Assembly (NCBI GenBank): GCA_951406725.2
Contig: OX597814.1
Span: 57,598,001-57,662,000, forward strand
Direction: 5' to 3'
Origin: Octopus vulgaris
Taxonomy: Eukaryota
Length of the DNA: 64,000 nucleotides
Below, piece after piece: positions 25,180-38,992 of the stretch (within the stretch, counting starts at the first letter, position 1; each line of letters opens with the position of its first letter). Under the pieces are notes generated by a model. It ran no database searches, had not been told where the DNA came from, and saw only the letters and a list, made by a program, of their open reading frames with translations. A program made the translations under genes and the position numbers.

Positions 25180-27324
25180 TTTTTTTTTTCTTCTTTCAAA
25201 TTTGCTTCCATTTCTTGCCGAGTGTCTTCCCGACTCCTAGGGCAAAGAAACTCATAGTATACTTTGGTAGGCCATTAAACCAAACTCAGTAGTTCGTTCA
25301 TTTTTTATTTTTTTTTATTTTTTTAAAGTTAAATTAAAATACATGAGCAGCAACAATTCTCACATCGACAATGCTCTTCTCAATACATGTGATGTACCAG
25401 TTAAGACAATCTTTTGTACTTCTTGCAGGGATGGTAAGCCAGGGATCATTCTCATATAATTTTCGGTTCCCTTCTTGATCATTCCTAGTGCTCCTACGAT
25501 CACCGGTATTGTAACCGCCTTGAGATGCCACATTTTCTCAATTTCAATGAGTAGGTCTTTATATTTTCTGAGCTTGTCAAACTCTTTCGCTGAGATATTA
25601 TGATCACAGGGGATGCTCATGTCGATCAATAAGCAAACTTTATTGTTTTGGTCTTTCACAACAATATCTGGTTTATTGGCCTTGATGGTTCGGTCTGTAT
25701 GTACTGGAAAGTCCCACAGAATAGTTACATTTTCTCCTTCAGTTACAACCTCAGGGTGGTGATTATACCACTTGTCGGCAGTTTTGATATTGTAATGCCG
25801 ACTTATTAGCCAGTGGAGATATTGGCCAACTCTGTCATGTCTTAATTTATACTCCACTGGTGCTAAGACTTTACATCCAGAGATTAGGTAGTCCACTGTT
25901 TCAATCATGTCGTTGCAGAATCGGCATTTTGGGTCTGCTCCATTTTTCATCACATTGGCCTGGTAGTTCCGGGTTAATAGGCTTTGATCTTGAGCAGCCA
26001 GGATGAAACCTTCGCTCTCTGCTTTTAGCCCTGAGCTCCGTAGCCACTGATGGGTTCGCTTCTGGTCAACATCAGCTTGTTTGCTGCGGGTCACATATTT
26101 GCCGTGCAGAGGTTTCTCCTCCCACCTATCAGCCAATTGCTCGTGCGCTTTTTTCATTGCTATCATTTTCACCTTCTTTGCAACAATAGTTGCCGTACTT
26201 CCCTCGGGTTGTTCAGTTTGGGTATCCTGCACGAGATCAATAGCAAATTTTTTGCTTTCCTTTATGATAGAATGAAGCTTCTTTCGTCTCTCGTGATTTT
26301 CCACGAGCTTTAGCATCCAGTCATTCGATATTTCGAGATATTTGGCCAGTCCAATTGTGGTTGTTTTGTAAGCTAGTTCAAATTGGATCAGGCCTCGACC
26401 TCCTTGGGCTCTGGGAAGGTAAAGGCGATCTACGTCTGCCTTTGGGTGGTGCATCCTATTACAACTCAGCAGCTTGCGTATTTTTCTATCTATATTCTTT
26501 ACTTCACTCATATTCCAGTTCAACACATTGTAGCTATAAGTAACAACTGGAACTGCTAAGGAATTTATAGCTAACACCTTGTTACGTGCATTTAGTTCAG
26601 ATTTCAGGACTGCACGAACTCTCCTATAACATTCCTTCCTGATTTTCTCTTTCATGCTTGCATGCTGAATACCAGAGCCTTCATTTATCCCTAAATATTT
26701 GTATGTTTGTTCTTGCTCAAGCTCTCTTATGACTGTGTCAACATCTAACACGACTGAATTTGTGGTCTTCACTTTCCCTTTCTGGAAAGTGGCCTTGGCA
26801 CACTTCTCAAGTCCAAACTCCATCCCGATGTCATCGCTGAATGCTTTCACGGTGCGCAATAGGCCTTCAAGTTCATTATTGTCTTTACCATAAAGTTTTA
26901 AGTCATCCATATAAAATAGATGGCTTATTTTTTTATTGGCAATTTTATACCCATACCCTGTTCTGTTTAATTCACTTGTAAGGGGTATTAGGGCTATGCA
27001 GAATATTAAAGGTGAAAGTGAGTCACCTTGAAAAATTCCACAGTTGATGTTTATATTTTCTGAGGCAAGTACTCCATTAGAGTGGTATAATTGGAGATTC
27101 GTATTCCACAACGACATATTGTGCTTCAGGAAGTTTGAAATCACAGGGGAAATTTTGAAGATGTCCAGCGATCTCAAGATCCATGGATGCGGTATACTGT
27201 CGAAGGCCTTTTTATAGTCAATCCATGCGGTGCTGAGATTTCTGCGCTTGTTGTGACAGTTCTCAAGGATCATACGATTGATTAGCAGTTGATCTTTGCA
27301 TCCGTAAGAGCCTCGGCGGCACCC

Positions 27325-27329
<5 letters not shown>
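25179..27329 (-). mobile_element. 5'-truncated R4/Dong-clade non-LTR retrotransposon inserted in (TAA)n
   Basis: RT plus RLE ORF, about 180-nt 3' UTR ending in an A-tract, long TAA arrays on both sides (25088-25178, 27330-27443). Confidence 0.9.
25360..27327 (-). CDS. reverse transcriptase, zinc knuckle and restriction-like endonuclease of an R4/Dong-type element (N-terminally truncated)
   Basis: KGCRRGSYGCKDQL (in frame upstream of the annotated ATG), WIDYKKAFDS, GIFQGDSLSP, YMDDLK, YKYLG, CRFC..ETVDYLISGC, RHD, KPDIVV..LIDMSIP..K..KY; no internal stops. Confidence 0.92.
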
Positions 27330-27421
<92 letters not shown>

Positions 27422-27443
27422 TATTATTATTATTATTATTATT

Positions 27444-27996
27444 GAGTGAGAGAGCAGTGCATGCTATCAAAGTGACACTGGGGTATAATATACGAAGCCC
27501 AATATACCCATCATGACTACCCCTCTGATAAGAGTACACAGGCGCATGCATCACAACCATAAATGCACGACATGGTGATCTCATATCAAGATAAACAGCA
27601 CATGACCTTGCAGGTGGGGTCCACTTAGAATTTTTTTCTGGTCGAGTAACTCATCCCGCTCAAAAGGTCCCTGAATAAGGGTTGTTTAAGGATGTTGAAC
27701 GAAACATCCATGTTTCCAGAGGTGAATTATTCAAACCCCAAAGAATCCCTCTCAACACATGACTATGATGCTCCCCCACTACTTCTGCTCGTGATCGGAG
27801 ATGCACATGTCGTCAGCCACTAAGGGATATGGTCAACTGGTTAAGGTCAAACAACTGACAAGCAAATCTGTAGTATTGAGCAGAATATTTGCTGTAGCTC
27901 ATCTTTTATACCAAGACAAAACAATGTACATGATTACACTTCCAATCAGTTAAGATCAGAAGGCATGGGAGCCGCTGCCTGATACTGCATCAGGAA
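27444..27996. mobile_element. unclassified about 550-bp non-coding interspersed element between TAA arrays
   Basis: sharp boundaries against (TTA)n on both sides; diverged second copy at 29546-29905 plus 30096-30162. Confidence 0.7.
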
Positions 27997-28054
<58 letters not shown>

Positions 28055-28338
28055 GAAGAATGGCCAGTGTGAAAGGACTAATTCTGAGCGTGCACCTGTA
28101 AACAAAAGAAGGGCTCTTGCCCTGTTGTTCAGGCAATCATGACTTTTGTGTGTTTTTTCACGAGGTCTTTAATACGCCTCCCCTATTGGGAGTTTTAAAT
28201 TGATTAATTTTTAATCGTTATATATACTGTTTACACGTTGTAAAACCCATTGTATCGTCTTGTTTTTGTCTTTTATGTTTTTGCATGTTTCTTAATGTAA
28301 TTTTATGTAAGCGATTGTGGCCAATAAACGAATTAATT
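28055..28338 (+). mobile_element. probable 3' end of a LINE (L1/Tx1-like 3' UTR)
   Basis: begins abruptly after (TTA)n, has a T-rich UTR and ends gtggccaataaacgaa, similar to the tails at 10430-10455 and 12310-12328. Confidence 0.4.
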
Positions 28339-28356
28339 ATTATAATTATTATAATT

Positions 28357-28712
28357 ATCTCTTTATCACAGGTTTTGTTGGAGCTTCTGGAGTCTTGCTG
28401 CGTAACGAGATTACTACCTGCAGGCTACCGTACCATGCTATTTGCTGTTTTCTGCTATCTAATACTTTCATGATTATTCTAGCCGTGCCAAAGAGACAAA
28501 GCTTTTGTAACAGTTCTACGGGGCACTCTATTCCAATTTCTTTTATATTCCTCTTGATACCTTCTGATACTGTTCCCAATGAGCCAACAATGATTGGCAC
28601 TATCTTCACAGCCCTCATTTTCCATAGCCGGACTATTTCGTATTTTAGAGAGTTGTATTTATCTATATTTTCACCTTCCTTCTTGGCTATTCGTGGGAAA
28701 AAGGGAGTGCAA
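28357..28712 (-). pseudogene. 3' fragment of a second, distinct R4/Dong-type element
   Basis: RIAKKEGENIDKYNSLKYEIVRLWKMRAVKIVPIIVGSLGTV...LLQKLCLFGTARIIMKVL aligns with the C-terminus of the 25360 ORF; different 3' UTR. Confidence 0.85.
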
Positions 28713-28794
28713 AAATACCTACTTCCGATGTTTTGGACAAATTTCGGAGCAGTGTTTTATCGCTCTCACATGTTAAGCGTCCCCGGTGTATATT

Positions 28795-29230
<436 letters not shown>

Positions 29231-29420
29231 AAGGCGGTGAGCTGGCAGAATCATTAGCACATCGTACAAAAAGCCTAGTGGCATTTCTTCCAAATTTATG
29301 TTCAGACTTCAAATCTCGCGAAAGTCGACTTTATTCCTTTCGGATCAGTTAAATAGGTACCAGCCGAACACCGGGGTCGATGTAATCGACTTACACCGCC
29401 CCTTGTGCCAAAATTTAAAA
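29231..29420 (+). mobile_element. SINE family 1 (tail C)
   Basis: aaggcggtgagctggcagaatcattagcac...ggggtcgatgtaatcgact...gtgccaaaattt. Confidence 0.78.
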
Positions 29421-29545
29421 CGCTTTGTTGTTGTTGTTGTTGTTGTTGTTATTCTTCTTCTTCTTCTTCTTCTTCTTCTTCTTCTTCTTCTTCTTCTTCT
29501 TCTTCTTCTTCTTCTTCTTCTTCTTCTTCTTCTTCTTCTGCGAGG

Positions 29546-29963
29546 CTGGGATACAAATATGTGAAGCCCAATATACCCATCAATATATGATAAGAGCACA
29601 TGCAACACAACTATATGTGCGCGACTTGGTGACTCCATATCAAGATAAGCAGCGCATGTGGGACCCAGTTCAAATTTTCTTGAGATTGGTTGACCCCCCA
29701 CCTCCTGAATAAAAATTGTTTAGGGATGATGGACAAAACACTTACGTTTCCAGAGGTGAATTATTCAAACCCCACAAAATTGCTGTAAATACATCACTAT
29801 CGTTAACCACTGAAAGACATGCTCAACCGGTCAAGGTCAAGCAACTGACAAGGAAATCTGTGCTTTTGAGCATAATATTTGCTGTAGCGCATCTTTTACA
29901 CCAATATTGTGGTAATGATTCAGCCTGCTCACCGCCTTAATAATGATGATGATGATGATGATG

Positions 29964-30025
<62 letters not shown>

Positions 30026-30162
30026 CTTTCTAATAAAGGCACAGTGGGGGAGACTAGTAGATTACACCGACCTCAGTGTTTTATATGGCCTTCTTAAAAC
30101 TTCGAAACAATTTAGATTAAAAGCTATGAGAGCCACTTCTTGGTATTGCACGTCTGGCATTG
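29546..30162. mobile_element. diverged second copy of the 27444-27996 element, interrupted by SINE pieces and (GAT)/(TAA)n
   Basis: shared blocks gaagcccaatatacccatca, catatcaagataa, gtttccagaggtgaattattcaaacccca, aaggtcaa.caactgacaag, atatttgctgtagc. Confidence 0.75.
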
Positions 30163-31127
30163 AATCAGCGTATTCCTCCTCCTCCACCTCCTCATCATCA
30201 TCACATTTTTGACAGAATTAACGCGTGGCTCAAGAATTTGATAAACTGTTTACTTGCTTGTGCGGATTGAATCTGACAAAAGTCGGAACGTTTGTTATTG
30301 AATTTGTATTTGATGATCAAGAGGGTGTTTTCATTTCCGGATATATCTCCTATTTGAGAGGTATATAGATATTTCTCATTTTAGCTTCTCAAGCATACAA
30401 ATTTCATATTGCTGCCAACAACACGATGTTGATAATCGAAGAATAAGATGGAGAAAGGTCGTGTGACTAACGTGTCTGTATGTGTCAGTTGCTTTAGAAA
30501 GTTTTGTATCTGTGCAAATATGCTTCGTTGAAGAAAATTTGAAAGTAAATATGCAACAAAGCGATGAACACTGACACCACCACCACGAATCAACGCAACA
30601 TGAATACTAATGAGGGTGGAAATCCTCCTCCTCTTCATCATTATCATCATCATCAACAGCAACACCAGCAGGAGATATATTATAAACCACTACGATTTGA
30701 ATTTACATAATTATACAGTTTGGGAAAAGTCAACTTGAATGTTTATAGCTTTCATGCATTTGATGATGATAGTAAAACTGAATGAAATCGCTTCACTTGG
30801 GAATTGAAAACGCATTGCCAGATACTCGCTTTGTCAGAAGCTCATCTTTTAACGACACTCGTTTGCTTAATCTAGAATAAGCAGATGGAACATTGTACGT
30901 TCTGATTTAGTACACTACCAGTGATTAAGGTAAACTTTTTTCGCCGTAACGTTCATTATTTCCCCCTTATAATAAGTAACAAAAATGAACTGGTTTGTTC
31001 CAGTCACAGCGCTAAATTTTATCACTCTAACTCCACACTGTTTGTCTCAAATATACTGAATCGAAACCTGAAACTGTGGTGTTCATCTCTTATAGATGTC
31101 TAGAGTAAAAAAACAACAACAGATGTA

Positions 31128-31541
31128 TAGACGTAGGTGTCGCTGTGTGGTAAGAAGCTTTCTTCCCAACCACATGGTTCCGGGTTCTGTCTCACTGCGT
31201 GCCATCTTGGGCAAGTGTCTTCTACTATGGCCACGGGCTGACCAAGGTTTGTGAGTGAATTTGGTAGACTGAAACTGAAAGAACACCGTCGTATATATGT
31301 ATATGTGTATACCTGTGTGTGTGCGTCTTTTTGTCTGTGTTTGTCCCCCATCACAACTTGATAACTGGTGTTGGTGTGCTTATATCCCGTAACCTAGTGG
31401 TTCAGCAAAAGAGACCGGTAGAATAAGTACTAGGCTTAACAAAATAAATCATGTGCTCGATTTGTTCGACCAAAACCCTTCTAGGTGGTATTCTAGCATG
31501 GCCGCAGTCAAATGACTGAAAAAATAAAAGAACAAAAGAAT
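31128..31541 (+). mobile_element. SINE family 3 (OR-like), full length; fragments also near 37485-37555 and 59075-59180
   Basis: tRNA-like head gctgtgtggtaagaagc...ggttccgggttc, CORE-like cttgggcaagtgtcttc, internal TA/TG tract, tail gcatggccgcagtcaaatgactgaaa. Confidence 0.75.
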
Positions 31542-32118
31542 GTACCAGTCATAAACGAAAATAGTCCAGCAGTGGTGGTGGCACTGTTAAATACGTATTT
31601 TTTCCATATTGAGCTTCGTCAGTATCAAATATCAAATAACAGCCGCATACTAAGACAAAACCATACCTTATTAATATGGTAAAATAATGCCTGAAAATTC
31701 ACTGATGTCGCAATTAGTCAGCAAATTCAATAAAAATTCGTTACTCAAAGAAGATACAACATTGAAAGACTGATAAATTGCTGTATTCATCCCGTGGTAG
31801 AATTTCTTATAGATGTATAATGTTAAAATCTTAAAGTATTTATTTAAGTTTCATTCCAATTTGTTCTGATTTCAAATTCGATTGGGATGAATAAAATATA
31901 TAGCAGTAGTAGACAGAAGATTTACCTATCTATACTACACTCTTTTAAACATTGAGTTAGAGCTTATGAAATCAAAAGGAATGCTCAATCTACAGTGTCC
32001 ACAAAAGCACTCCCTGATTTCACGACGTTATGATATCTAAAGTAATTCAAATATGATAAATATGGTGTCCACAGATTCTCTAACAAATAATATTTTCTTT
32101 TATTCTCAGATGACTTAC

Positions 32119-32198
32119 CATCTTTGCCGTAAACACAAGGAAATCCAAGATGACTGCCACTCCACAACAACGCAACTGGGAGTGTTTTTGTGGATACC
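32119..32198 (-). CDS. candidate 80-nt host exon, product unknown
   Basis: ctctttttactctgtcaatatacag|GGTATCC...AAAGATG|gtaagt; GC-richer than flanks, in non-repeat DNA, all three frames open. Confidence 0.45.
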
Positions 32199-32923
32199 CT
32201 GTATATTGACAGAGTAAAAAGAGTTATTTTTCTTGAATTTGATAAAGACACGACTCAGAGACTGGATGAAGCGAATCTTGATAAAAGCATGAAGAATATC
32301 ACAACTTTTATTTCCTCAACGCTAAAATATATGTAAATTATCATTAATCATGATGAAATCAATACACTCATACACACTGTATAATATGCGTCTCAAGCTT
32401 CACAGATTCTATGTAATATGTCAAGTGTATAAATGGTTTCTAGTTAATGTTGTAAATTAACTTCCGAAGGACGTTTGATTCTTTTGTAGCTGATGCACTT
32501 GATGCAATGTATGCTACTAGGGTAAACGCCGCACACCACTTCAGAAGGTTTTCTTGTAGTTTATATATTCCATATTACATATATTATTTATTTATTCTTT
32601 TTGCAAGTGTAGGCTTGACATCACCATACAATCCATGCAAAAAAGAAATACGAAAACTTATAAAATAGTAAAATATGAAAAAGAAACGAAATTATTAGTG
32701 AAATAAGTTTTAAATATTTACAAGAAATATAGAAATACATAAATAAGCAAATAATTTAAAAACATTTTATAACTTATAAATGTATTCGTAAGATAAATTG
32801 AAAGTTATAAAATAGCGAGAAGTGAAAGTATTTTGATTTTTCTCTTTGCATGTATACACTCACGTATCACACGCTCATATATGTATAATGTTTACGTACT
32901 TAATGCATATATATGTACACACA

Positions 32924-32982
<59 letters not shown>

Positions 32983-35793
32983 GTGCACACATACATGTAT
33001 ATGCATATATATGAGCATTTATATACATTATACGTGAACAATATGGCCTTTAATTCTTTAGAATTATGCTTGCTAAACTGGTAGGCGGGCGTGACAAAGA
33101 AGCGAATTTATGTTTAAAGATTCAGATGAGGTGACGGCGGCAGTGACTGAAAGCTATACAGAATATTTTGTGCTTTTGAGTAAAGATGGTGTTCAAAATG
33201 ATGAAAACAACTTTTTGTCAAAATGTACTAAAATTGGAACTTTTAAAAAATTTTAGTGTTATTTTAGATTGAGCAAATAGGTTGTTTACTGTTTTGGTAA
33301 CTTATATAAATATATTTGTATTTGCATAATTATGAATAAGATTGCCACTGAAGACAATTACAAGTGAAAGATAATGGAACAAACAAGAAAATGACTGGCT
33401 ATTTTAGAATTATCTCTTTCACATTTGCTGTTATTCACAGAAAATAAACTAAATGATGATATCTGGAATTGGCCATAGACAGAGAGATTGAAAGAGAAAG
33501 TGAAAGATAGATAGATGGATAGATAGAAAGAAAGGAAGAGAGAGAGAGAGAGGGAGAGAGGAAAGTGCATTTGTTTATACTTATGTGTAATAAATCTTAT
33601 TTTAATACACAAGAAATAATCTCTTGAGTATCAAAAGAAAAAAAGTTTCAAAATATTACATTGTCATACGATAGCAATGGTTGAAACTTGGCTTACGGGT
33701 TTGCAACTGTATGAGAGAAAGAGAAAAACAACAAAAAAAAAGAGCTTTAAGAATATAATGTTTCAGTTAAACTAAAGGAATGGATAAAGCTATTTGAGAA
33801 AATCGATTAAGACAATGGATTATAGAGTTGTGAAGACACTGCAATACACCTGAGAGTTGCAGAATACAATTTAGAGATTGGAAAGTAAATTATCACTAGA
33901 GAATCAGAGAAAAAGAACTTCTAAAAGAATCTTGAATCGATAATTGGCATAACGTTTTCATCATCTTTGTCACTCTCAGATAAGACAGCTAAAAAAATAA
34001 AACAACAACAAAACAATACAGATTCTACCATTGTGTTTGATAGAAAGTCAATAATCTACAGTGAGCCTACTACATTAATAAATACTTGCAACACCTAGGG
34101 GAAAATTTATTTCCGTTCCACTATTCCTGACTGGACAGGACCGACAACATATATAAAATAAATGAAAATTTCGCGAGATCAGAATTGAAAGGAGAATAAG
34201 TGCTATTAACAGCTACAGATCAGATTTATTGCATTTGAGATACACTTCGAGTGAAGTATAACACGAGAACGGGAGACGTTTCGTAAAAAAATACAAAAAC
34301 AATGCAAAAAATGCTGTCCATACCCATTACAGACATCTTTGTATCGAGAATAATTTCATGACAAATGGAAGTACGTAAGACGATTTGACATCAAATGTTA
34401 TCAGAAGCTGTTTCTGCTTTGACTTATTATTAAGCTGCATATAAGCTTTATAAGACACAGCTTCAAATATACATAAAGTATCTTCTATGTTTATGAGAAT
34501 AGTCTATGTGGTATCGAGTTAGATAACAAAACATAGACCTATCAGATTTGCATTGGGTTGTTTGTACTACAGAGTAAGAGTCTTACTATACCTTATCCTC
34601 TAAGGAAACGAATAAATATTGTTATGATATACAGACTAATTTTGTGAGGTAAACCACATGCAAATCTGATTAATAAACAACAAAATTTTCAAATAAAAGA
34701 TATTTAGTTGTAGCTTTTATCTTTTGTTACTTTTTGTTTCCATACATTTCTTCACCTACACACGCCTTTTACGTGAAAATATGTCGTAAACAATAACACG
34801 TACATGTTGTACATAATTGTGGGATAGAGAAAGAAGGAAATCTTAGCATAGCTTCGATTCAGAATATTTGCACGCATTTCATAGCATGACTATTATTAGT
34901 CAGTTAGTTGCCACCTCGTGTAAGTCTCAACGTCTGAATCAAAGAATAACGTCAAAGTAATGGTTTTGTTCTCTGTTTTGATTATTGCCTACATATATTG
35001 GTCTGTAATTTTATATTCTTTGATATATTTCGTTTTACTTTGATATATTTCATTGTATTTGTTGCATACGGTTATCTTTATTTTGTTGTTTCATATTTTC
35101 GTCGACTGAGCTTAATGCACGTATAGTTTTTATCTTTGGTGACATATACATAAAAACACAAATATTCACAGACACGTAGACAACGAAAGCATAGGCACTC
35201 CTGTAAAACATATAATATGATACACAGAAGATAATATATATATATATATATATACACATACATACATACATACATACATACATACATACATACATACATA
35301 CATACATACATACATACATACATAACATGAACATTGTAATGCCAGACATAAACCCGCATCACACCAACACAGAGTCACTAAACTCACACAAGTAATATAT
35401 TATTGCTATATTGATATCTATTATCGTCATGGAAATAGGTTCTTTTAAGTGTTATATACTAAGCATGGTAAATTAGTAGTCCTGGACCTTTCAAAGGTTG
35501 TATTGGTTATCGACTTATTTATAGATCAGTAAGTTGTATAACAGGTTAGAATCGGTATAAGGAACAACGTTACAGTCACCTGCTCTACTTTATCTTTCAA
35601 TGCTGCATAAACACCTTATTCCTTAACTGTTCTGTTTGTTATAAATGAACAAAATTAAGTGCCATACAAACCAACGGTTTCAAGATAAAATCTACACATA
35701 TATGTATATACATGTGTTTATATGTATATGTATATGGATGTATATTTATATACATATATATACATACATACATATATATATATGTATGTATGC

Positions 35794-35851
<58 letters not shown>

Positions 35852-35989
35852 CAAAGTAGTTAAACTATGTTATACATAGACAAAGGATTAAAGGTTGTAT
35901 TGAATTGCATGTGATATATGAAGAAGAAAACAGTATAGAACACTTTCGATCCAGCGGTTTGGAGATTAAATCAGCGTTTAATATAGATA

Positions 35990-36020
<31 letters not shown>

Positions 36021-36364
36021 CATAATATACGATTTAGAGCTATACATAGAACAGGGATTAAAGTGATATTGATCTATAGATAATAGTTGAAAAGAGAAAA
36101 AAATTTGTTTACTATTGACTGCAGTATAATGGATCATAATGTATTGAAGTTATATGGAGACGATTCTGCATAATCAACAACTTAATTATCAGTTCTTACA
36201 ACTGCATCATTCACATATTTAACCAATGTTCAATCAAAATAAGCGATGTGATTGATATGACTTTCAAACTATTCATTTCGAACTGGTTCTGTTTAACGCC
36301 TTTTCTTGTGAGTGCCCCACAAAATGAAGCAACCGGCTGAGCTGGTAATATTTAAGTATGAGAC

Positions 36365-36578
36365 AAAGCGGAGAGGTGGCAGAATCTTGAGCACGCCAGG
36401 CAAAATGCTTAGAGGCATTTCGTTCGTCTTTACGTTCTAATTATAAATCCCGCTGAGGATGACTTTGCTTTTCATAATTTCGGGTTCGGTGAAATAAGAA
36501 CCAGTAGAGTATTGGGATCGATGTAATGGACTAGTCCCCTCCTCTGAAGTTTCTGGCCTTGTAATAAAATTTGAAATC
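36365..36578 (+). mobile_element. SINE family 1 (tail C), diverged
   Basis: aagcggagaggtggcagaatc...gactttgcttttcat...ggccttgtaataaaatttgaaa. Confidence 0.72.
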
Positions 36579-37279
36579 CATATTACATTATGATATCTAC
36601 TAACACTGTCAACACACACGCTGTCTACCCATACACACTATCAACAAAAGAGCAAATCCTATTCTCTAGATATGTGAAGTAATCAGAAGTTATACAATAT
36701 ATTCACTAAGATAAACCATATATAGGAAAGTAAATAAATATTTTCTCTTAGATATAGATAAATGAATTAGATTAAAAAATATTTTCACTATTTTTACTTG
36801 GAATTATTTTAGTTGCTACAGTGATGTAAAAGAATTTTCAAAATGTTTTGCTTGCCCTTTAAAGAGAAACTAATAACGTCTCAATAGTAAATGTCTCCCA
36901 GGAATAAAATCAATATGTGTTATTGAGCTGGTACGATATTTGTGACGTCTGTGCCTTAAGTCGGTGTATTACTGCAGAAATAGACGTTACAACTCTATCG
37001 AAGTGAACCTCTGATCCTATATTATCTGGATGGTTTATTTCATATAGATTACTTAATTATATTTTATTTTACTGGCTTCACTAATTGAACTGATGCTATA
37101 CAGGGGAACTGCCTTCCAGGGGATTTAGTCGATATTATGGATTTTAGTATTACTTCAGTGTAGTACCTAATTTATTGATAGGTACTTAACGAATGACTAG
37201 ATTACATATTGACGTAAACAGACACAACTAGACGCACGACTTTGCATCTCTCTCTCACACACTCACGCACGCATGCACA

Positions 37280-37427
37280 CACACACCTGCATACACTTTC
37301 ACGCACACACACATACCTGCATACACTTTCACGCACGCACACACACACCTGCATACACTTTCACGCACACACACACACACACACACACACCTGCATACAC
37401 TTTCACGCACACACACACACACACACA
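37280..37427. repeat. minisatellite, 4 copies of cctgcatacactttcacgcac(ac)n
   Basis: directly visible. Confidence 0.85.
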
Positions 37428-37605
37428 GAGAAACAACACACCATAATACATACATACCTAAGTGTGAGTTTTAATGAGTCTAAAAAACGCTTGTTCACTC
37501 TGTGGGTCCAGGTTCGATCCCACTGCGAGGTGACTTCTAATGGAACCTTGAGTTGATTATTGACTAGTGCGAATAGAATTTAAGAATAGGATACTGTGCA
37601 CGTAG

Positions 37606-37649
<44 letters not shown>

Positions 37650-37651
<2 letters not shown>

Positions 37652-38286
37652 GGGTGCGTAAGATATTTGAGGACAGATTTGTTTATAAAATAATAATTAT
37701 ATGATAACAGATAATAAACCTTCTTTTCCATAATGTTATTCAATAAAGCCACCTTCAGTTTTCAACAACTGCTTCTATATGAGAGCTAACGCATCTTCTT
37801 CTGCTGGATTTTTCAGTTTGTTTAAGAGCCTTTTAGATCTGATGTAGCGATTTTCTCTTGCTTTTTCTGACAAAATGACCTTTCTTCATCACATCTGATG
37901 TCTTCGTGGACAACATTTCTGACTGTTCCTTCTCAGATATGGAGATCCATTGCAATTGACTTCATGTACTTTCTGGGATTGTAATCAATGGTCTGAGGAA
38001 CTTGTTGGATAAGTTCAGGCTTCAGAGTGTTTAGACTGCTTCTTATGTTTTGATACTGGTGATACATTTCCATCTTCAGTCTCTAGATCCTTACAAACGT
38101 TGTAGACGAAAGATCTGGCAAATTTTTAAAATCAAGATATTTCTAAATTGCTATGCTCAGCATTTATAACCACAATAACAGCAAGTTTCTTTATTTCTTG
38201 AGTAAGCTGAGAGTCTGCCATTATTATTTTCTGAAACAAAGGTTATACAGAGTTGGCAAAAATGCAGCAATACCTTACGCACCCGG
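37650..38286 (-). mobile_element. internally deleted Tc1/mariner element (maT/DD37D-like)
   Basis: TA-flanked TIRs ccgggtgcgtaag and cttacgcacccgg; N-terminal ARSFVYNV...NPRKYMKSIAMDLHI*EGTVRNVVHEDI joined to C-terminal SHIEAVVE.EGGFIE*. Confidence 0.85.
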
Positions 38287-38304
38287 TACACCACACACAC
38301 ACAC

Positions 38305-38382
<78 letters not shown>

Positions 38383-38572
38383 TATGTGTGTGTGTGTGTG
38401 TGTGTGTGTATACACGCAAATCTATGTATATATGTACATATTAGTTGTTTAAAACTTTAACTTGCAATTTACTACATTTAACAGCCGGAAAATGTCTTAG
38501 CTTTCACCAGCCCATGATGTAAGTGGCAAAGCAGCTACGAGGTCAAAAGAAGACTGGTTATTGCTGGATAGT

Positions 38573-38615
<43 letters not shown>

Positions 38616-38784
38616 GCATTTATGGGGATAAACAAATTAGATGCATCAAACATATTGAATATATTAAATACATCAAATATAAAATATGCATATATGTATA
38701 CATGCAAAGCGAGAGAAAGCCAAAGGAGGAAACTTTCACTTGATGAATTTTTATGCCTAACTATATAGATATTTATACTACTAG

Positions 38785-38893
38785 GTCCAACTTATACAAA
38801 GTACAAACGTCAGAGATACTTAAATGGATGGGAAAAAGGTATTCTTCCACCTCTTTAAAATTCTCTGTCGCTTGTACTTTGTATAAGTTGAAC
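38785..38893. repeat. short fold-back element
   Basis: caacttatacaaagtacaa.cg.cagaga and tctctgtcgcttgtactttgtataagttg. Confidence 0.75.
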
Positions 38894-38992
38894 TTATTCA
38901 TATGTGTACATATTTAGACATATAAATTTATCATTCATCATCTGAAAGTTTCCACCTTTTGCTTTCTTTCGTTTTGTATGTATACATATACA

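Noticed and set aside
26050-26893. Plus-strand ORFs within the LINE
   Set aside because: Antisense shadows of the RT ORF
37280-37427. Regularly spaced repeat resembling a CRISPR array
   Set aside because: The spacers are only CA runs, the context is eukaryotic, and there are no cas genes
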